Source: an uncultured delta proteobacterium (lineage in GTDB: Bacteria; Desulfobacterota; Syntrophia; Syntrophales; UBA2185). Taken from it: a stretch of 64,000 nt of DNA. Where the stretch lies: assembly GCA_963695875.1 (NCBI GenBank), contig CAVOID010000010.1, forward strand, positions 149,861 through 213,860, given 5' to 3'. Below are positions 21,392 to 32,249 of this stretch, one piece after another (positions within the stretch are counted from its first letter, which is position 1; every line of letters starts with the position of its first letter). Made by a program: the position numbers and the translations under genes. The notes beneath the pieces were generated by a model, which saw nothing but the letters and a program-made list of their open reading frames with translations, was not told where the DNA came from and ran no database searches.

Positions 21392-22372
21392 ATGTCCACA
21401 AAGCAGCAATTACTCATCTATTTAAAAGAGGGTAAGGGAACCTGGGTCTCCGGGGAATCACTGGCCCATAAAATGGCTATTTCCCGCACGGCCATATGGA
21501 AACATGTCCGTAACTTGAAAGAAGATGGCTATGTGATCGAATCATCACCGAAAAAGGGATATCTCCTCCGGCAGGCTTCGGACCTGCTTCTTGTAAATGA
21601 AATCCAGGAAGGGCTGAACACCAGTGTTTTCGGCAAGAGGGACATTGCTTATTTCAAGGAAACAGACTCAACCAATTTGAGGGCGAAATTTTTGGCGAGT
21701 GACGGCGCACCTGAGGGAACAGTGGTTGTCGCGGAGAGTCAAACACGGGGAAGGGGCCGAAGGGGGAGAAGCTGGTTTTCACCCTCGGGAGAGGGTATCT
21801 ATACCTCCATCATTCTGAGACCTTCCATATCCCCGAATGAAGCACCCAAGCTGACCTTGATGGCATCGGTTGCAGTTGCGGAAGCCTTACTTTCCATGAC
21901 ATCACTAGATATAAATATCAAATGGCCCAATGACATCCTCGTCAAAGGCAGGAAGATTGCCGGCATCCTGACGGAAATAAGCATGGAAATGGATAGAATT
22001 GATTATATAGTCATTGGCGTAGGCATCAATGTAAATACACCTCGCAAAAGCCTGCCCCCCGATATCCGGGACATAGCAACTTCCGTTTTCATGGAAACAG
22101 GCAAACCCTTCCCCAGAATTGCCCTGCTGCGTGCATATCTGGAGTGGCTGGAAATATATTATGAAACATTCAAGACCAAGGGCTTTGAACCTGTCATGAA
22201 TCGCTGGAAGAGCCTTGCTGATATAATCGGACATCGGGTTAGTGTGGATATGATCGACCGTGTGCGCGTCGGAGAAGTTCTCGATGTAGATAAAGACGGC
22301 TTCCTGATCCTCAAAGAACAGGGAGGCGCGCTTGAGAGGATAATTTCCGGAGACGTCACCTTACTTGAATAA
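21392..22372 (+). CDS. birA: Bifunctional biotin ligase/repressor with N-terminal HTH
   Basis: SGESLA..ISRTAIWK HTH, STN, QTRGRGRRGR.W, KWPND, KIAGIL. Confidence 0.95.
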   Translation: MSTKQQLLIYLKEGKGTWVSGESLAHKMAISRTAIWKHVRNLKEDGYVIESSPKKGYLLRQASDLLLVNEIQEGLNTSVFGKRDIAYFKETDSTNLRAKFLASDGAPEGTVVVAESQTRGRGRRGRSWFSPSGEGIYTSIILRPSISPNEAPKLTLMASVAVAEALLSMTSLDINIKWPNDILVKGRKIAGILTEISMEMDRIDYIVIGVGINVNTPRKSLPPDIRDIATSVFMETGKPFPRIALLRAYLEWLEIYYETFKTKGFEPVMNRWKSLADIIGHRVSVDMIDRVRVGEVLDVDKDGFLILKEQGGALERIISGDVTLLE

Positions 22373-22454
22373 TGGGTGAAGCGTTCCTTATATTGTGTGT
22401 CATTCGGACCAAAGTATGTCCCACTGGAGTTTAGACAGGAAGGAGAAATCATCA

Positions 22455-23832
22455 ATGGCAAGGAATCGCCAGAAAAGACTGGAAAATGACGATAAAAAAT
22501 ACATCTGGCATCCCTTTACCCAGATGCGGGGTTACATGAAGGAAAAGGCCCTGATCATTGAGGAAGGGGAAGGATGCATCCTAAAGGACATTGAGGGCAA
22601 TTGTTATATCGACGGTGTTTCTTCTCTCTGGACAAATGTTCATGGGCACAGAAAGGAGCAACTTGACCGTGCCCTGAAAGAACAGGTTGACAAGATTGCC
22701 CATTCCACCCTGCTGGGGCTCTCCAATGTACCGGCAATAAGACTGGCCAAAAAATTAATCGACATTGCTCCCAAAGGGTTGACAAAGGTATTTTACTCCG
22801 ATAACGGTTCCACCGCCAATGAAATAGCCCTGAAGATGGCCTTCCAGTACCACCAGCAGGCTCCAACGGGTAATCGCAACAAGAAAAAATTCATTCGCCT
22901 TTCCAATGCCTACCACGGAGATACGATAGGGTCTGTGAGTATCGGAGGTATCGATCTTTTCCACTCCATGTATAAGGACCTCCTTTTCCCCTCGTACAGG
23001 GTGGATGCCCCCTACTGTTACCGCTGCGCCTTCGGGAAATCATATCCTTCCTGTGATCTGTATTGCCTGACACCATTGGAAGAGATCATGAAGGGTCACA
23101 ACCGGGAGATTGCAGCCCTGGTGATAGAGCCGGTCGTCCAGGGGGCGGGGGGAATCCTTGTCCAGCCGCCGGGATACTTGAAAAAGGTGAGAGAACTCTG
23201 CACTCGCTACAAAATCTTCATGATCGCCGATGAAGTGGCCGTCGGTTTTGGCAAGACGGGGAAGATGTTCGCCTGTGAACATGAAGATGTTGTACCGGAT
23301 ATCATGGCCCTGGCCAAGGGGATTGCGGGAGGATATCTGCCGCTTGCGGCCACACTCGTGACGGAAGAGATCTACGAGGGATTCCTGGGAGAGTTCGAAG
23401 AGTTCAAAACCTTCTTCCACGGACATACCTTTACGGGAAATCCCCTGGCCTGTGCAGTCGCCCTTGCCAATCTTGAGGTCTTCGAAGAGGAGCGTACCAT
23501 GGATAACCTCCAGAAGAAAATTGTCCATCTTAAGAAAAAGACTAAAGCCATTTACCGAACTCGCCCACGTCGGCGAGGTGCGCCAGTGCGGATTCATGGT
23601 GGGTATCGAGCTTGTTGCGGATAGAAAGACAAAGGAACTTTTCCCCATTGAGAAGAGAACCGGTCATAGAGTCATTATGGAAGCAAGAAAAAGGGGCGTG
23701 ATCATCCGTCCCCTGGGGGATGTAATCGTCCTGATGCCGCCGCTCAGCATTTCTGCAGGGGAGATCGATCAGCTCTGTGACGCGGTATACGAGTCGATCC
23801 GGGTTGTCACTGAGGGGCGGGGAAAATCGTGA
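22455..23832 (+). CDS. bioA: Adenosylmethionine--8-amino-7-oxononanoate transaminase, frameshift near 23535
   Basis: [51 protein letters not shown]. Confidence 0.93.
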
Positions 23833-23953
23833 CGTCCGAGACGCCCAGCATACCAAGCGGCAGGACAAACATCGCGCTAAACTGCACGGCTGTAAGACGG
23901 GCGTCTTACCTGTCTATAACGAATGAAATCAGTATCAGGCAGAGTACTGACCG

Positions 23954-24262
23954 ATGAACATCGAAGGAACTAACAAGGATACCTGGGAGGGTGTATTTTA
24001 TTTTTCTCCCGATGACAGCATCTACCGGGATCATTTCCCCGGTTATCCGGTCGTCCCGGGAAGCCTGATCGTCCATGCCTTCCTGCAAGCGGCAGCAGAG
24101 GCCGGCATCACGGAAGAGTGTCGCTCACTGGAAAATTTCCGCTTCCGGGAGTTTCTCACCCCCGGTCGTTATTCATTTCGTATAGAACGTCAGGAGGACC
24201 GGTTGAGCTGCCTGATTTATCGCGGTCCGAAGAAACTGGTTACAGGAGCCTTGGGACAATGA
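23954..24262 (+). CDS. FabZ/FabA-like hot-dog dehydratase, His-containing half
   Basis: DHFPGYPVVPGSL motif; the usual downstream Glu is replaced (LIVHAF). Confidence 0.7.
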   Translation: MNIEGTNKDTWEGVFYFSPDDSIYRDHFPGYPVVPGSLIVHAFLQAAAEAGITEECRSLENFRFREFLTPGRYSFRIERQEDRLSCLIYRGPKKLVTGALGQ

Positions 24263-25003
24263 ATTTGAAATTTTCCGGGATGCGCGCCCTGCTTTTGGGG
24301 GGTACCTGCGAACTTGCCCTTACCCTGGCTAGCTTCATGATCGAGTACCTCTCTTTTTCCGATCCTGACATACAGGAACGACAAAGGACAAAACGTCATC
24401 AAAAAAGCCCTGCCGCACATGGAAGGAAAATACGACACCCGTTATCTGGACTTCGGCGACCGCGATTCGCTGGACTTACTCTTCTCTTATATTGGTGACG
24501 ATCTTGATTTTGTGGTTGATTTTGCCCAAGGAAACTATGAAAGCCTCATCGCGCAGGCGGATAGGGATAGTGTGTATCGATATTTTAGCGAGAATGTCTC
24601 CTTTCGTGCGGAGGTTTTGAAAATGGCAGGGAGGGTCATGCTGAAGAAAAGGAAAGGGAGGCTCGTCTTTATTTCATCAACGGCAGCCCCAAAGCCCAAC
24701 CCTGGTCAGGGATTTTATGCCGCTGCAAAACTGGCTTCCGAGGCCCTTTACCGGAATATGGGACTGGAACTGGGGAAACGCGGTATCACCACGGTAATTC
24801 TGCGCCCCGGATATGTCGATGCCGGAAGGGGAAAAGAATATCTTCAGGAACAGGACGGGAAAATCCTCGAGACGGTGCCGATAAAGAGGGCGATAACACG
24901 AAATGAGATTGCGGAAACTATTCTTTTCCTTCTTTCCGACAGCGCCGCCGGCATGAACGCCACGGAAATTACCATGGACGGCGGTTTATCATATAGGAAA
25001 TGA
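24259..25003 (+). CDS. FabG-like SDR (3-oxoacyl-ACP reductase), frameshifted near 24340-24360
   Basis: GRLVFISS, YAAAK catalytic motif, PGYVD, MDGG; ATGA overlap with the upstream gene. Confidence 0.75.
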
Positions 25004-25025
25004 GGGAAATAGCTTTGAGGGTTAC

Positions 25026-25397
25026 ATGGATACTTTTGCAGAGATAAAGAAGATACTAGTAGAACTCCTTGATCTTGAAGGCGGGGAGATTATGCCGGAG
25101 ACCTTTTTGATAAAGGAGTTGGGCGCCGAATCCATCGATCTTCTGGAGCTTGCGGTCGCCATAAACAGTCGCTTCAAAATCGCCGTAAGGGATGAGGCTA
25201 TTTTTCTGACACGTTTCCGCCTGCATATAACCGAAGCTACACAGCAGGGAAAAGAAATCGTCTCTTATCTTGCCGGGAAATACCCACATCTTACGGAAGA
25301 CCGGATTACCAAAATCGTCGCACACATCGGTGAAGGACCTCAATTGCAAATCAAGGATCTGATCAGCTACATAACGTGTCAGTTACAGGCGGTTTGA
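25026..25397 (+). CDS. Acyl carrier protein, extended (123 aa)
   Basis: ELGAESIDLLEL phosphopantetheine-serine motif plus an insertion of about 40 aa. Confidence 0.8.
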   Translation: MDTFAEIKKILVELLDLEGGEIMPETFLIKELGAESIDLLELAVAINSRFKIAVRDEAIFLTRFRLHITEATQQGKEIVSYLAGKYPHLTEDRITKIVAHIGEGPQLQIKDLISYITCQLQAV

Positions 25398-25405
25398 AAA
25401 CTTAT

Positions 25406-26041
25406 ATGGAGACGCCTCTGGACAAACTGATTCAAGGAAGAAGAAGCATCCGGAAATATAGGCCGGATATTCCTCCAGAAGAATGGATAAAAAAGATGAT
25501 CATGACGGCAATGAAAGCGCCATCGCCGACAAACAGTCAGCCTGTGCGGTTTATCCGTATACTCACCCCGGAATTAAAGGAACAGTTGCGCCAAGCCATG
25601 GAACACGGAAGGGAGTGTTTACTAGAGACTGTTAAAGATGCCCCCAGTTCCAAAAGATTAAGAAATTGGATCACCGCCTACTTTAGGTTCTCGGAATTCA
25701 TGTTCCATGCACCCATTCTTTTTGCCGTGGGTACAACCGCGACCTTCGTCAGTCTTTCGGAAAGGCTCTTCCGGGCCGGCATGAGAGAACAGGGACACAA
25801 AAAACACAGGGATGTAGATATCGCTGTGGGTCTGGCGCTGAAAGGATATCTGTTAAAGGGGGAAGATCTGGGTCTCGGTTCCTGCATTCTTACCGCCCCT
25901 CTGATTTTCATCGAGGAGCCGGAAACGATTTTTCCTTTGAAAGGAATAGAGATCAAGTGCTTTGTGACCACGGGATATCCCGATGAAGAACCGGATTACA
26001 TCAAAAGAAAAGATTTTAATGAAATCTACAGGGAAATCTGA
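25406..26041 (+). CDS. Nitroreductase-family flavoprotein
   Basis: RRSIRKY, APS..N.QP..F, LGLGSC, TGYP. Confidence 0.88.
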   Translation: METPLDKLIQGRRSIRKYRPDIPPEEWIKKMIMTAMKAPSPTNSQPVRFIRILTPELKEQLRQAMEHGRECLLETVKDAPSSKRLRNWITAYFRFSEFMFHAPILFAVGTTATFVSLSERLFRAGMREQGHKKHRDVDIAVGLALKGYLLKGEDLGLGSCILTAPLIFIEEPETIFPLKGIEIKCFVTTGYPDEEPDYIKRKDFNEIYREI

Positions 26042-27272
26042 ATTGAAGAGAAGAATTGTCATTACTTCAGTGGGGATTATCTCCTCCCTCGGCCATCAGC
26101 ATGCTGAGATTATACAAAATCTCAAAGAGGGAAAAGTTAATTTTGCCAGGCCCGTCTTTGATAATGACGTCGTTATCGCGCCTGTGGCGAACTTCAATAT
26201 CCGGGATCATACGGGACGTTTCAAGGACGGCCGCTATCTTAGCCGGGGTGCTAAGTTTGCCGTTGCCGCCGCGATGGCGGCAATAAAAAATTCAGGTTAC
26301 AAAAAGGAGGATCTGGCAGAAGGGGGGCTTTTCGTCGGCACAGGCCCGAACCTCGATATCGGCGGCGAATTCCCGGATGTCCATGGAGGAAACATTGACC
26401 GGGAAGACCTCCAGGCCTTGTGGATTCTGAAATTTCTTCCCAACACCGCCGCATCCATTATCGCCAAACTGGCGGGGATCCATGGAGAGAACCTGACGGT
26501 ATCTACCGCCTGTTCGGCGTCCCTGCAGGCGATCGGTGAAGCCTTTCGCAAAATAAAAGCAGGATATCTAGATTTTGCTATTGCCGGGGGAGGAGATTCA
26601 CGCCTGAGTCCCGGAGGGATTCTGGCCTACAAGAAGGCGGGCGCCCTATATGCCGGCAACAGTGATCCCGAAAAGGCAAGCCGGCCCTTTGATTGCAACC
26701 GAAAGGGCTTTGTGCCCGGTGAGGGAGGCGCCTTTTTCCTTCTGGAAGAATTGGAAAGGGCCAAAAAGCGGGGGGCGCGGATATACGGCGAAATCTGCGG
26801 TTACGCGAGTTCCCTGGATGCTTACAACATGACGGCCCCGGAAAGGGAAGGGAAGTGGGGAAGGATTGCCGTGCTTTCTGCCTTGCGGGAAGCGGAAATG
26901 TCCCCCTCGCAGATCGACGTGATTTCCACACACGGAACGGGAACATTTCTAAACGATGCCAGGGAGGCCGATCTCATCGGGGATATCTATGCAGGCTGTA
27001 GCCCCCGGGTAATGGCCCTGAAGTCCTGGATCGGGCATACCGCGGCCGCCTGTGGCACCATGGAGCTTGCGATCTCTTTGATATGCATGCAGGAGAATTA
27101 CCTTCCCGAGATCAGGAACCTGCAGGAGCCCTGCCACAGGGAAATCAACTTTGTGCGGGAGGGAGGAAGCTTTTCTTTTGGTACGTGCACCATTGAAAAT
27201 TTCGGTTTTGGCGGGCAGAACAGCGTATTGGTTGTAAAACGGAGCAATGAACTTTCTTGCGCAGGACTTTAG
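26019..27272 (+). CDS. Beta-ketoacyl-ACP synthase (FabF-like)
   Basis: TACSAS (Cys), HGTGT and KSWIGH (His-His), SRPFD, FGFGGQN. Confidence 0.9.
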   Translation: MKSTGKSELKRRIVITSVGIISSLGHQHAEIIQNLKEGKVNFARPVFDNDVVIAPVANFNIRDHTGRFKDGRYLSRGAKFAVAAAMAAIKNSGYKKEDLAEGGLFVGTGPNLDIGGEFPDVHGGNIDREDLQALWILKFLPNTAASIIAKLAGIHGENLTVSTACSASLQAIGEAFRKIKAGYLDFAIAGGGDSRLSPGGILAYKKAGALYAGNSDPEKASRPFDCNRKGFVPGEGGAFFLLEELERAKKRGARIYGEICGYASSLDAYNMTAPEREGKWGRIAVLSALREAEMSPSQIDVISTHGTGTFLNDAREADLIGDIYAGCSPRVMALKSWIGHTAAACGTMELAISLICMQENYLPEIRNLQEPCHREINFVREGGSFSFGTCTIENFGFGGQNSVLVVKRSNELSCAGL

Positions 27273-27303
27273 TCCTGCATATGAAAGCAGGCCCTTGCCA
27301 TAA

Positions 27304-27396
27304 CGTAGTTGCCAGGGAGTGAAACAACCGAAGCAATCTCCCAATGCATTAGAAACAAGGAGATTGCTACGCTCCTTGAGGGTCGCTCACAATGAC
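27304..27396. repeat. REP-like inverted doublet inside the biotin operon
   Basis: CGAAGCAATCTC..GAGATTGCTACG..GTCGCTCACAATGAC, similar to 9675-9766. Confidence 0.6.
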
Positions 27397-27455
27397 CAAA
27401 AAAGATGATTACGTCATAATCTGGCTATTGAAATGACATCTATCGAAAATATCAT

Positions 27456-27908
27456 ATGGATGTGGAAATTGTAATTGATACAGGACTGAAGGGTTTTGTA
27501 ATACTCGACCGGGTTTTGGAAGTCAGCACTTCCCAAATTGTCGGTGTCCGATCATTTTCAGATGACCCAGTCTTTTTGGGTCTGGAATCACTCGCCCAGC
27601 TTGGTGCGTATCATATCCGTTATCTCACAGGTTTTTCCAGACACGTCTTTCTGATTAAAATCTCATACTGCAGTCTCCCTCGTGGAAAAGTTATGGATGG
27701 AGAACATCTGCTCTCCGGAAACCTTCGCCATCAGAGCGAAGCTTCCTTTCTTTGTCACCTGAAGGCGGAAAAAGAGAATAGAACGATCGTAGAGGGGGAA
27801 TTTCTCTATGCCGCAGTTGACTACGATCATAATTTCCAGAGTGAAAATTTGCGTCACCACTACACAAAGGTATTTTCATGTTTGCAGAAAGATATAAAAA
27901 CAGGTTGA
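27456..27908 (+). CDS. FabZ-like hot-dog protein, Glu-containing half
   Basis: F.ILDRV and LESLAQ motifs; no HFP motif. Confidence 0.6.
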   Translation: MDVEIVIDTGLKGFVILDRVLEVSTSQIVGVRSFSDDPVFLGLESLAQLGAYHIRYLTGFSRHVFLIKISYCSLPRGKVMDGEHLLSGNLRHQSEASFLCHLKAEKENRTIVEGEFLYAAVDYDHNFQSENLRHHYTKVFSCLQKDIKTG

Positions 27909-29029
27909 TGATTCAAAAGACCACTGGTCTTTACCGTAATCCGCCGGAGGTGAGTACGAAGGAGGGGAAATATCTCCTCATGGGGAGTAGCAGGGTTCTC
28001 AATTTCGCCTCCAATGACTATCTGGGACTTAGCGTCTCCGGGGAAATGCGGCAGAAGGCGGCCCGGAATTTCCAAAAGTACGGTACATCATCTTCCTCCT
28101 CGCGTTTAGTATCCGGCAACTACTCGGTAATCAACGAAGCGGAAAAAGCATACGCATTATATTTCGGGTATTACGACACTTTATTTTTCCCGAGCGGTTA
28201 CCAGGCAAACATGGGAGTACTCTCCACCTTCCTGGAACGGGGAGACACAGTTATATTCGACAAGCACATCCATGCCAGCTCCGTCAAAGGAATGACCATG
28301 AGCGGCGCTGATTTTTACGGCTATAATCACAATTCCATGTCCCATCTTGAAAAAAGACTAAAAGCACACAGCAATGGACAGGTCGCAGTTTTAACGGAAT
28401 CCATCTTCAGCATGGATGGAGATGTTCTTGATGCCGCCGGCTTAAACAATTTAAAAAATCATTACGGCTTTCTGACAATCGTCGATGAGGCGCACGCTTT
28501 TGGCGCCGCAGGTTTCGAGGGACGGGGCTTCGCCGGTTCCGTCGCGGATATTGCCGTGGGCACATTCGGGAAGGCCTTCGGCTTTTTCGGCGCCTTTGCG
28601 CTTCTTCCCGAAGGGTTTAAGGAATACCTCTTTAATTTCTCTTCCCCTCTCATTTATACCACAACACTCCCGGAAGCACATGCCGCCACTGCTCTGGACA
28701 TCCTGGGAATCATGGAACGAAGTGAAGACAGGAGAAAAGACTTGAGAGGAATCAGTCAATTTATGAGGGAAGGCTTGCGTCGCGAGGGGTTTCAAGTTAC
28801 CGGTGATGCCCACATTCTGGCGCTCATGGTCGGGGATGAGGAAAAAGCGGTGAGGCTTTCCCGGCGGCTCCTGGAAAACGATATATTCGTCCTTCCGGCC
28901 CGGTACCCGACAGTTCCTCTCGGTCATGCCATATTGAGAATAAGCCTCACGGCACTGCTGGAAGAAGAAGACGTCAAATCGTTCATTGCTCACTTGAAGG
29001 AAACCAATAGAGAGTTCGAAAAATCCTGA
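27878..29029 (+). CDS. bioF: 8-amino-7-oxononanoate synthase
   Basis: NFASNDYLGL, SRLVSG, SGYQAN, HAS, FSMDGD, DEAH, GTFGKA, R.PTVP. Confidence 0.93.
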   Translation: MFAERYKNRLMIQKTTGLYRNPPEVSTKEGKYLLMGSSRVLNFASNDYLGLSVSGEMRQKAARNFQKYGTSSSSSRLVSGNYSVINEAEKAYALYFGYYDTLFFPSGYQANMGVLSTFLERGDTVIFDKHIHASSVKGMTMSGADFYGYNHNSMSHLEKRLKAHSNGQVAVLTESIFSMDGDVLDAAGLNNLKNHYGFLTIVDEAHAFGAAGFEGRGFAGSVADIAVGTFGKAFGFFGAFALLPEGFKEYLFNFSSPLIYTTTLPEAHAATALDILGIMERSEDRRKDLRGISQFMREGLRREGFQVTGDAHILALMVGDEEKAVRLSRRLLENDIFVLPARYPTVPLGHAILRISLTALLEEEDVKSFIAHLKETNREFEKS

Positions 29030-29071
29030 ATCTTGAATCCTTTTAGAAACTAAATTGGAAAAGAACTAAAA

Positions 29072-29765
29072 ATGGACAATCTATTTGTGGTGGGGACTGA
29101 TACAGGGGTGGGGAAGACCGTGCTTTCTCTTCTCTTGATGAAATTCTTTTTTTCTCGGGGATATAACCCTTTTTATCTGAAGCCAGTGCAGACCGGATGC
29201 AAGGATCCAAATGACGTCGACAGTGACGCAAGGTTTATTTACCGTTACGTTGGGCAGTTAAAAGATAAGGACCCGGCTGATTCCGTAATCTATTGTTTTA
29301 AGAATCCTAAGGCCCCCATTTTTGCCGCCCGTGATGAAGGCAAAGCAATAGACTTATCGGTTATAATAAAAGCAGTAGTTGAAAAGGCCAGCTCTTACTC
29401 GCCTCTTATTATTGAAGGAGCGGGCGGTGTCCTCGTCCCGGTGGTCGGAGGTACTTTTGTGGCTGACTTACCGATGCTAACAAATGCCAGAGCCGGTTAT
29501 TGCCGCACGGGCGGGATTGGGAACTATCAACCATACACTTCTTACCATTGAAGCCCTGACTCGCAGAGGACTTGCACCTTTAGGAGTCGTTTTAATCGAT
29601 GCGGCGAAAAAAGAAACGCCGCCGGAAATGGTCGCAGAAAACATACTGGCCATAGAGGAGGCCTCCGGTGTGAAAGTGACCGGTGTTATCGGCAGAATAA
29701 TGGAATTTTGCCAACCGCCGCAGGATTGCTATCTGCCGATTTCAAAAATGTTTGGTAAATTGTGA
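29072..29765 (+). CDS. bioD: Dethiobiotin synthase, frameshift near 29490
   Basis: GTDTGVGKT, KPVQTG, IEGAGG..VP, GLGTINHTLLT. Confidence 0.92.
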
Positions 29766-29861
29766 TTGCCCTTAAAGATCCTTTCTTATCATCCATCTAT
29801 AAAATATAAAAAAATTATCTTGACATCAATCAATTAATCCTGTAATTCACATAACAACGAC

Positions 29862-29894
29862 ATGACTGATAGTCATATAATGACTCTTAGTCAT
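29862..29894. promoter_or_regulatory. Tandem palindromic operator (ATGACT-N3-AGTCAT twice) upstream of acs
   Basis: ATGACTGATAGTCAT (29862-76) and ATGACTCTTAGTCAT (29880-94), downstream of TTGACA at 29820. Confidence 0.6.
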
Positions 29895-30249
29895 CATGAA
29901 AAATATATACTTGATAGTTTCTAAATAATAATTATTATGATACGGAAAGATGTCTTGTCTAAGGATTAATTTCATGATACGTAAAACAATAATTTATTTA
30001 GATTCAAAATATTTAGATAATCTTAATATTATTTATAAATCTTTTAATATTGATATATGCCAATTTCCTGATGTAAGTTTCCGCATCATGGGCAAAACCT
30101 GAGCACCATCATTCCCGAATAGGGAGATTCCAGAACCACACTGACAAACGTGGATTCCCGTTTTTACAAGATTTATGCAGCATGCATATAGAGAAATTTG
30201 ATTCAATGTCAATATGTAAAGATACAGAAAAGGGAGGTTATATATAAAC

Positions 30250-32226
30250 ATGGGAGAAGCGGAAAAGATTGAACTGAAGGAAGTATATCCTGTTCCCGGT
30301 TGGGTTCGCAAGCAGGCCTACATCAAATCACGAGACGAATATGAGAAGCTGTGGAAGCGTTCCATAGAAGATCCTAACGGCTTCTGGTCGGAGATTGCCT
30401 CTGAGTACGTGGAGTGGTTCAAGAAGTGGGACAAGGTAGAAGACTTTAACTTTGATGTGAACAAGGGTCCCATTTACGTCAAGTATTTTGAGGGAGGCAA
30501 GCTCAACGTCTCCTACAACTGTTTGGACAGGCATCTGAAGACGAGGGGTGACAAGATAGCCATTCAGTGGGAGGGGAATGATCCGGGAGAGGACAGGGCA
30601 TATACATACAAGGAACTCCATAGGGAGGTATGCAAGTTTGCCAACGTCCTTAAATCCCTGGGTGTGAAGAAGGGGGACAGGGTCTGTTTCTTTCTTCCCA
30701 TGATCCCGGAGCTTCCCATCGGGATGCTGGCCTGTACCCGTATTGGCGCGATACACGGTGCGGTGTTTGGTGGATTCAGCGCAGATTCTCTACGGGACAG
30801 GATTCAGGACAGCGGCTCCAAGGTACTGGTGACCTGTGACGGGACATTCCGTGGCGCCAAGGCCGTTCCCCAGAAGACAAATGCCGACGAGGCGGTGAAG
30901 ACATGTCCTTCCATCGAGAAAGTCATCGTGGTGAAGAGGGTGGGTGAGAAGATAGCATGCAGCATGCAGAAAGGCAGAGACCTGTGGTGGCACGAGGAGA
31001 TGGCGAAGGCGAGCGACGAGTGTAAGCCGGAGTCGATGGACGCTGAAGATCCCCTTTATATTCTGTATACATCAGGCTCCACGGGAAAGCCGAAGGGTGT
31101 CATGCACACAACCGGCGGGTATCTTGTGTTTGTAGCATATACTCACAAGATGATATTCGACTACCATGAGGAAGACATTTTCTGGTGCACTGCCGACATC
31201 GGCTGGGTGACGGGACACAGCTACATTATTTACGGGCCGCTTTGCAACGGCGCCACCTCGGTGATGTTTGAGGGAGTGCCGAACTACCCTGATGTAAGCC
31301 GTTTCTGGAAGGTTGTGGAAAAATATAAGGTAACGATCTTCTACACCGCCCCTACGGCCATCCGTGCCATTGCAAAGGAGGGAAGCGACTGGGTAAAGAA
31401 GGCGGATCTATCCACCCTGCGTATCTTGGGTACGGTGGGCGAGCCCATCAATCCGGAGGCATGGAACTGGTACCATCACAATATCGGACGGGACGAGTTA
31501 CCCATAGTTGATACATGGTGGCAGACGGAGACGGGGGGCATTCTGATCACGCCGCTCCCGGGCGCCATTGATCTCAAGCCCGGCAAGGCTACGGTCCCCT
31601 TTATGGGGGTATGGCCTGCCATTATCGATGAGAATGGTGAGGAGATCACAGAGACTGTTGCGAGCGGGCCGCTGTGCATCAAGAAGCCCTGGCCGGGGAT
31701 CATGCGGAGTGTTTATGGCGATCCCCTGCGGTTCCAGGAGAATTACTTTATACAGCGTCCCGGATTCTATTATACCGGTGACGGTGCTACCAGGGATGAA
31801 GACGGCTATTATCAGCTCATGGGCCGGATTGATGATGTCATCAACGTATCCGGGCACAGATTGGGGACTGCGGAGATCGAGAGCGCCCTGGTTGCCCATG
31901 AGAAGGTGGCTGAGGCTGCCGTGGTCGGGTATCCCCATGATCTCAAGGGTCAGTCCATCTATGCCTATGTGACCCTGAAGACGGGAGTGGAGAAGTCAGA
32001 CGCATTGAAGAAGGAGCTGGTGGCGCATGTCAGGACTCTGATCGGGCCCATTGCTACACCGGAGAAGCTTCAGTGGGCCGATGGCTTGCCGAAGACCCGC
32101 AGCGGTAAGATCATGAGGAGGATATTAAGGAAGGTAGCGGCGAATGAGATCAGTGAACTGGGAGATACTACTACCCTGGCCGATCCTTCCGTCGTTGACG
32201 ATATCGTGAAGAACAGGGTGCTATAA
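30250..32226 (+). CDS. acs: Acetyl-CoA synthetase (AMP-forming)
   Basis: [50 protein letters not shown]. Confidence 0.97.
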   Translation: MGEAEKIELKEVYPVPGWVRKQAYIKSRDEYEKLWKRSIEDPNGFWSEIASEYVEWFKKWDKVEDFNFDVNKGPIYVKYFEGGKLNVSYNCLDRHLKTRGDKIAIQWEGNDPGEDRAYTYKELHREVCKFANVLKSLGVKKGDRVCFFLPMIPELPIGMLACTRIGAIHGAVFGGFSADSLRDRIQDSGSKVLVTCDGTFRGAKAVPQKTNADEAVKTCPSIEKVIVVKRVGEKIACSMQKGRDLWWHEEMAKASDECKPESMDAEDPLYILYTSGSTGKPKGVMHTTGGYLVFVAYTHKMIFDYHEEDIFWCTADIGWVTGHSYIIYGPLCNGATSVMFEGVPNYPDVSRFWKVVEKYKVTIFYTAPTAIRAIAKEGSDWVKKADLSTLRILGTVGEPINPEAWNWYHHNIGRDELPIVDTWWQTETGGILITPLPGAIDLKPGKATVPFMGVWPAIIDENGEEITETVASGPLCIKKPWPGIMRSVYGDPLRFQENYFIQRPGFYYTGDGATRDEDGYYQLMGRIDDVINVSGHRLGTAEIESALVAHEKVAEAAVVGYPHDLKGQSIYAYVTLKTGVEKSDALKKELVAHVRTLIGPIATPEKLQWADGLPKTRSGKIMRRILRKVAANEISELGDTTTLADPSVVDDIVKNRVL

Positions 32227-32249
32227 AATATCTAAGGAAGGAGGAAGAC

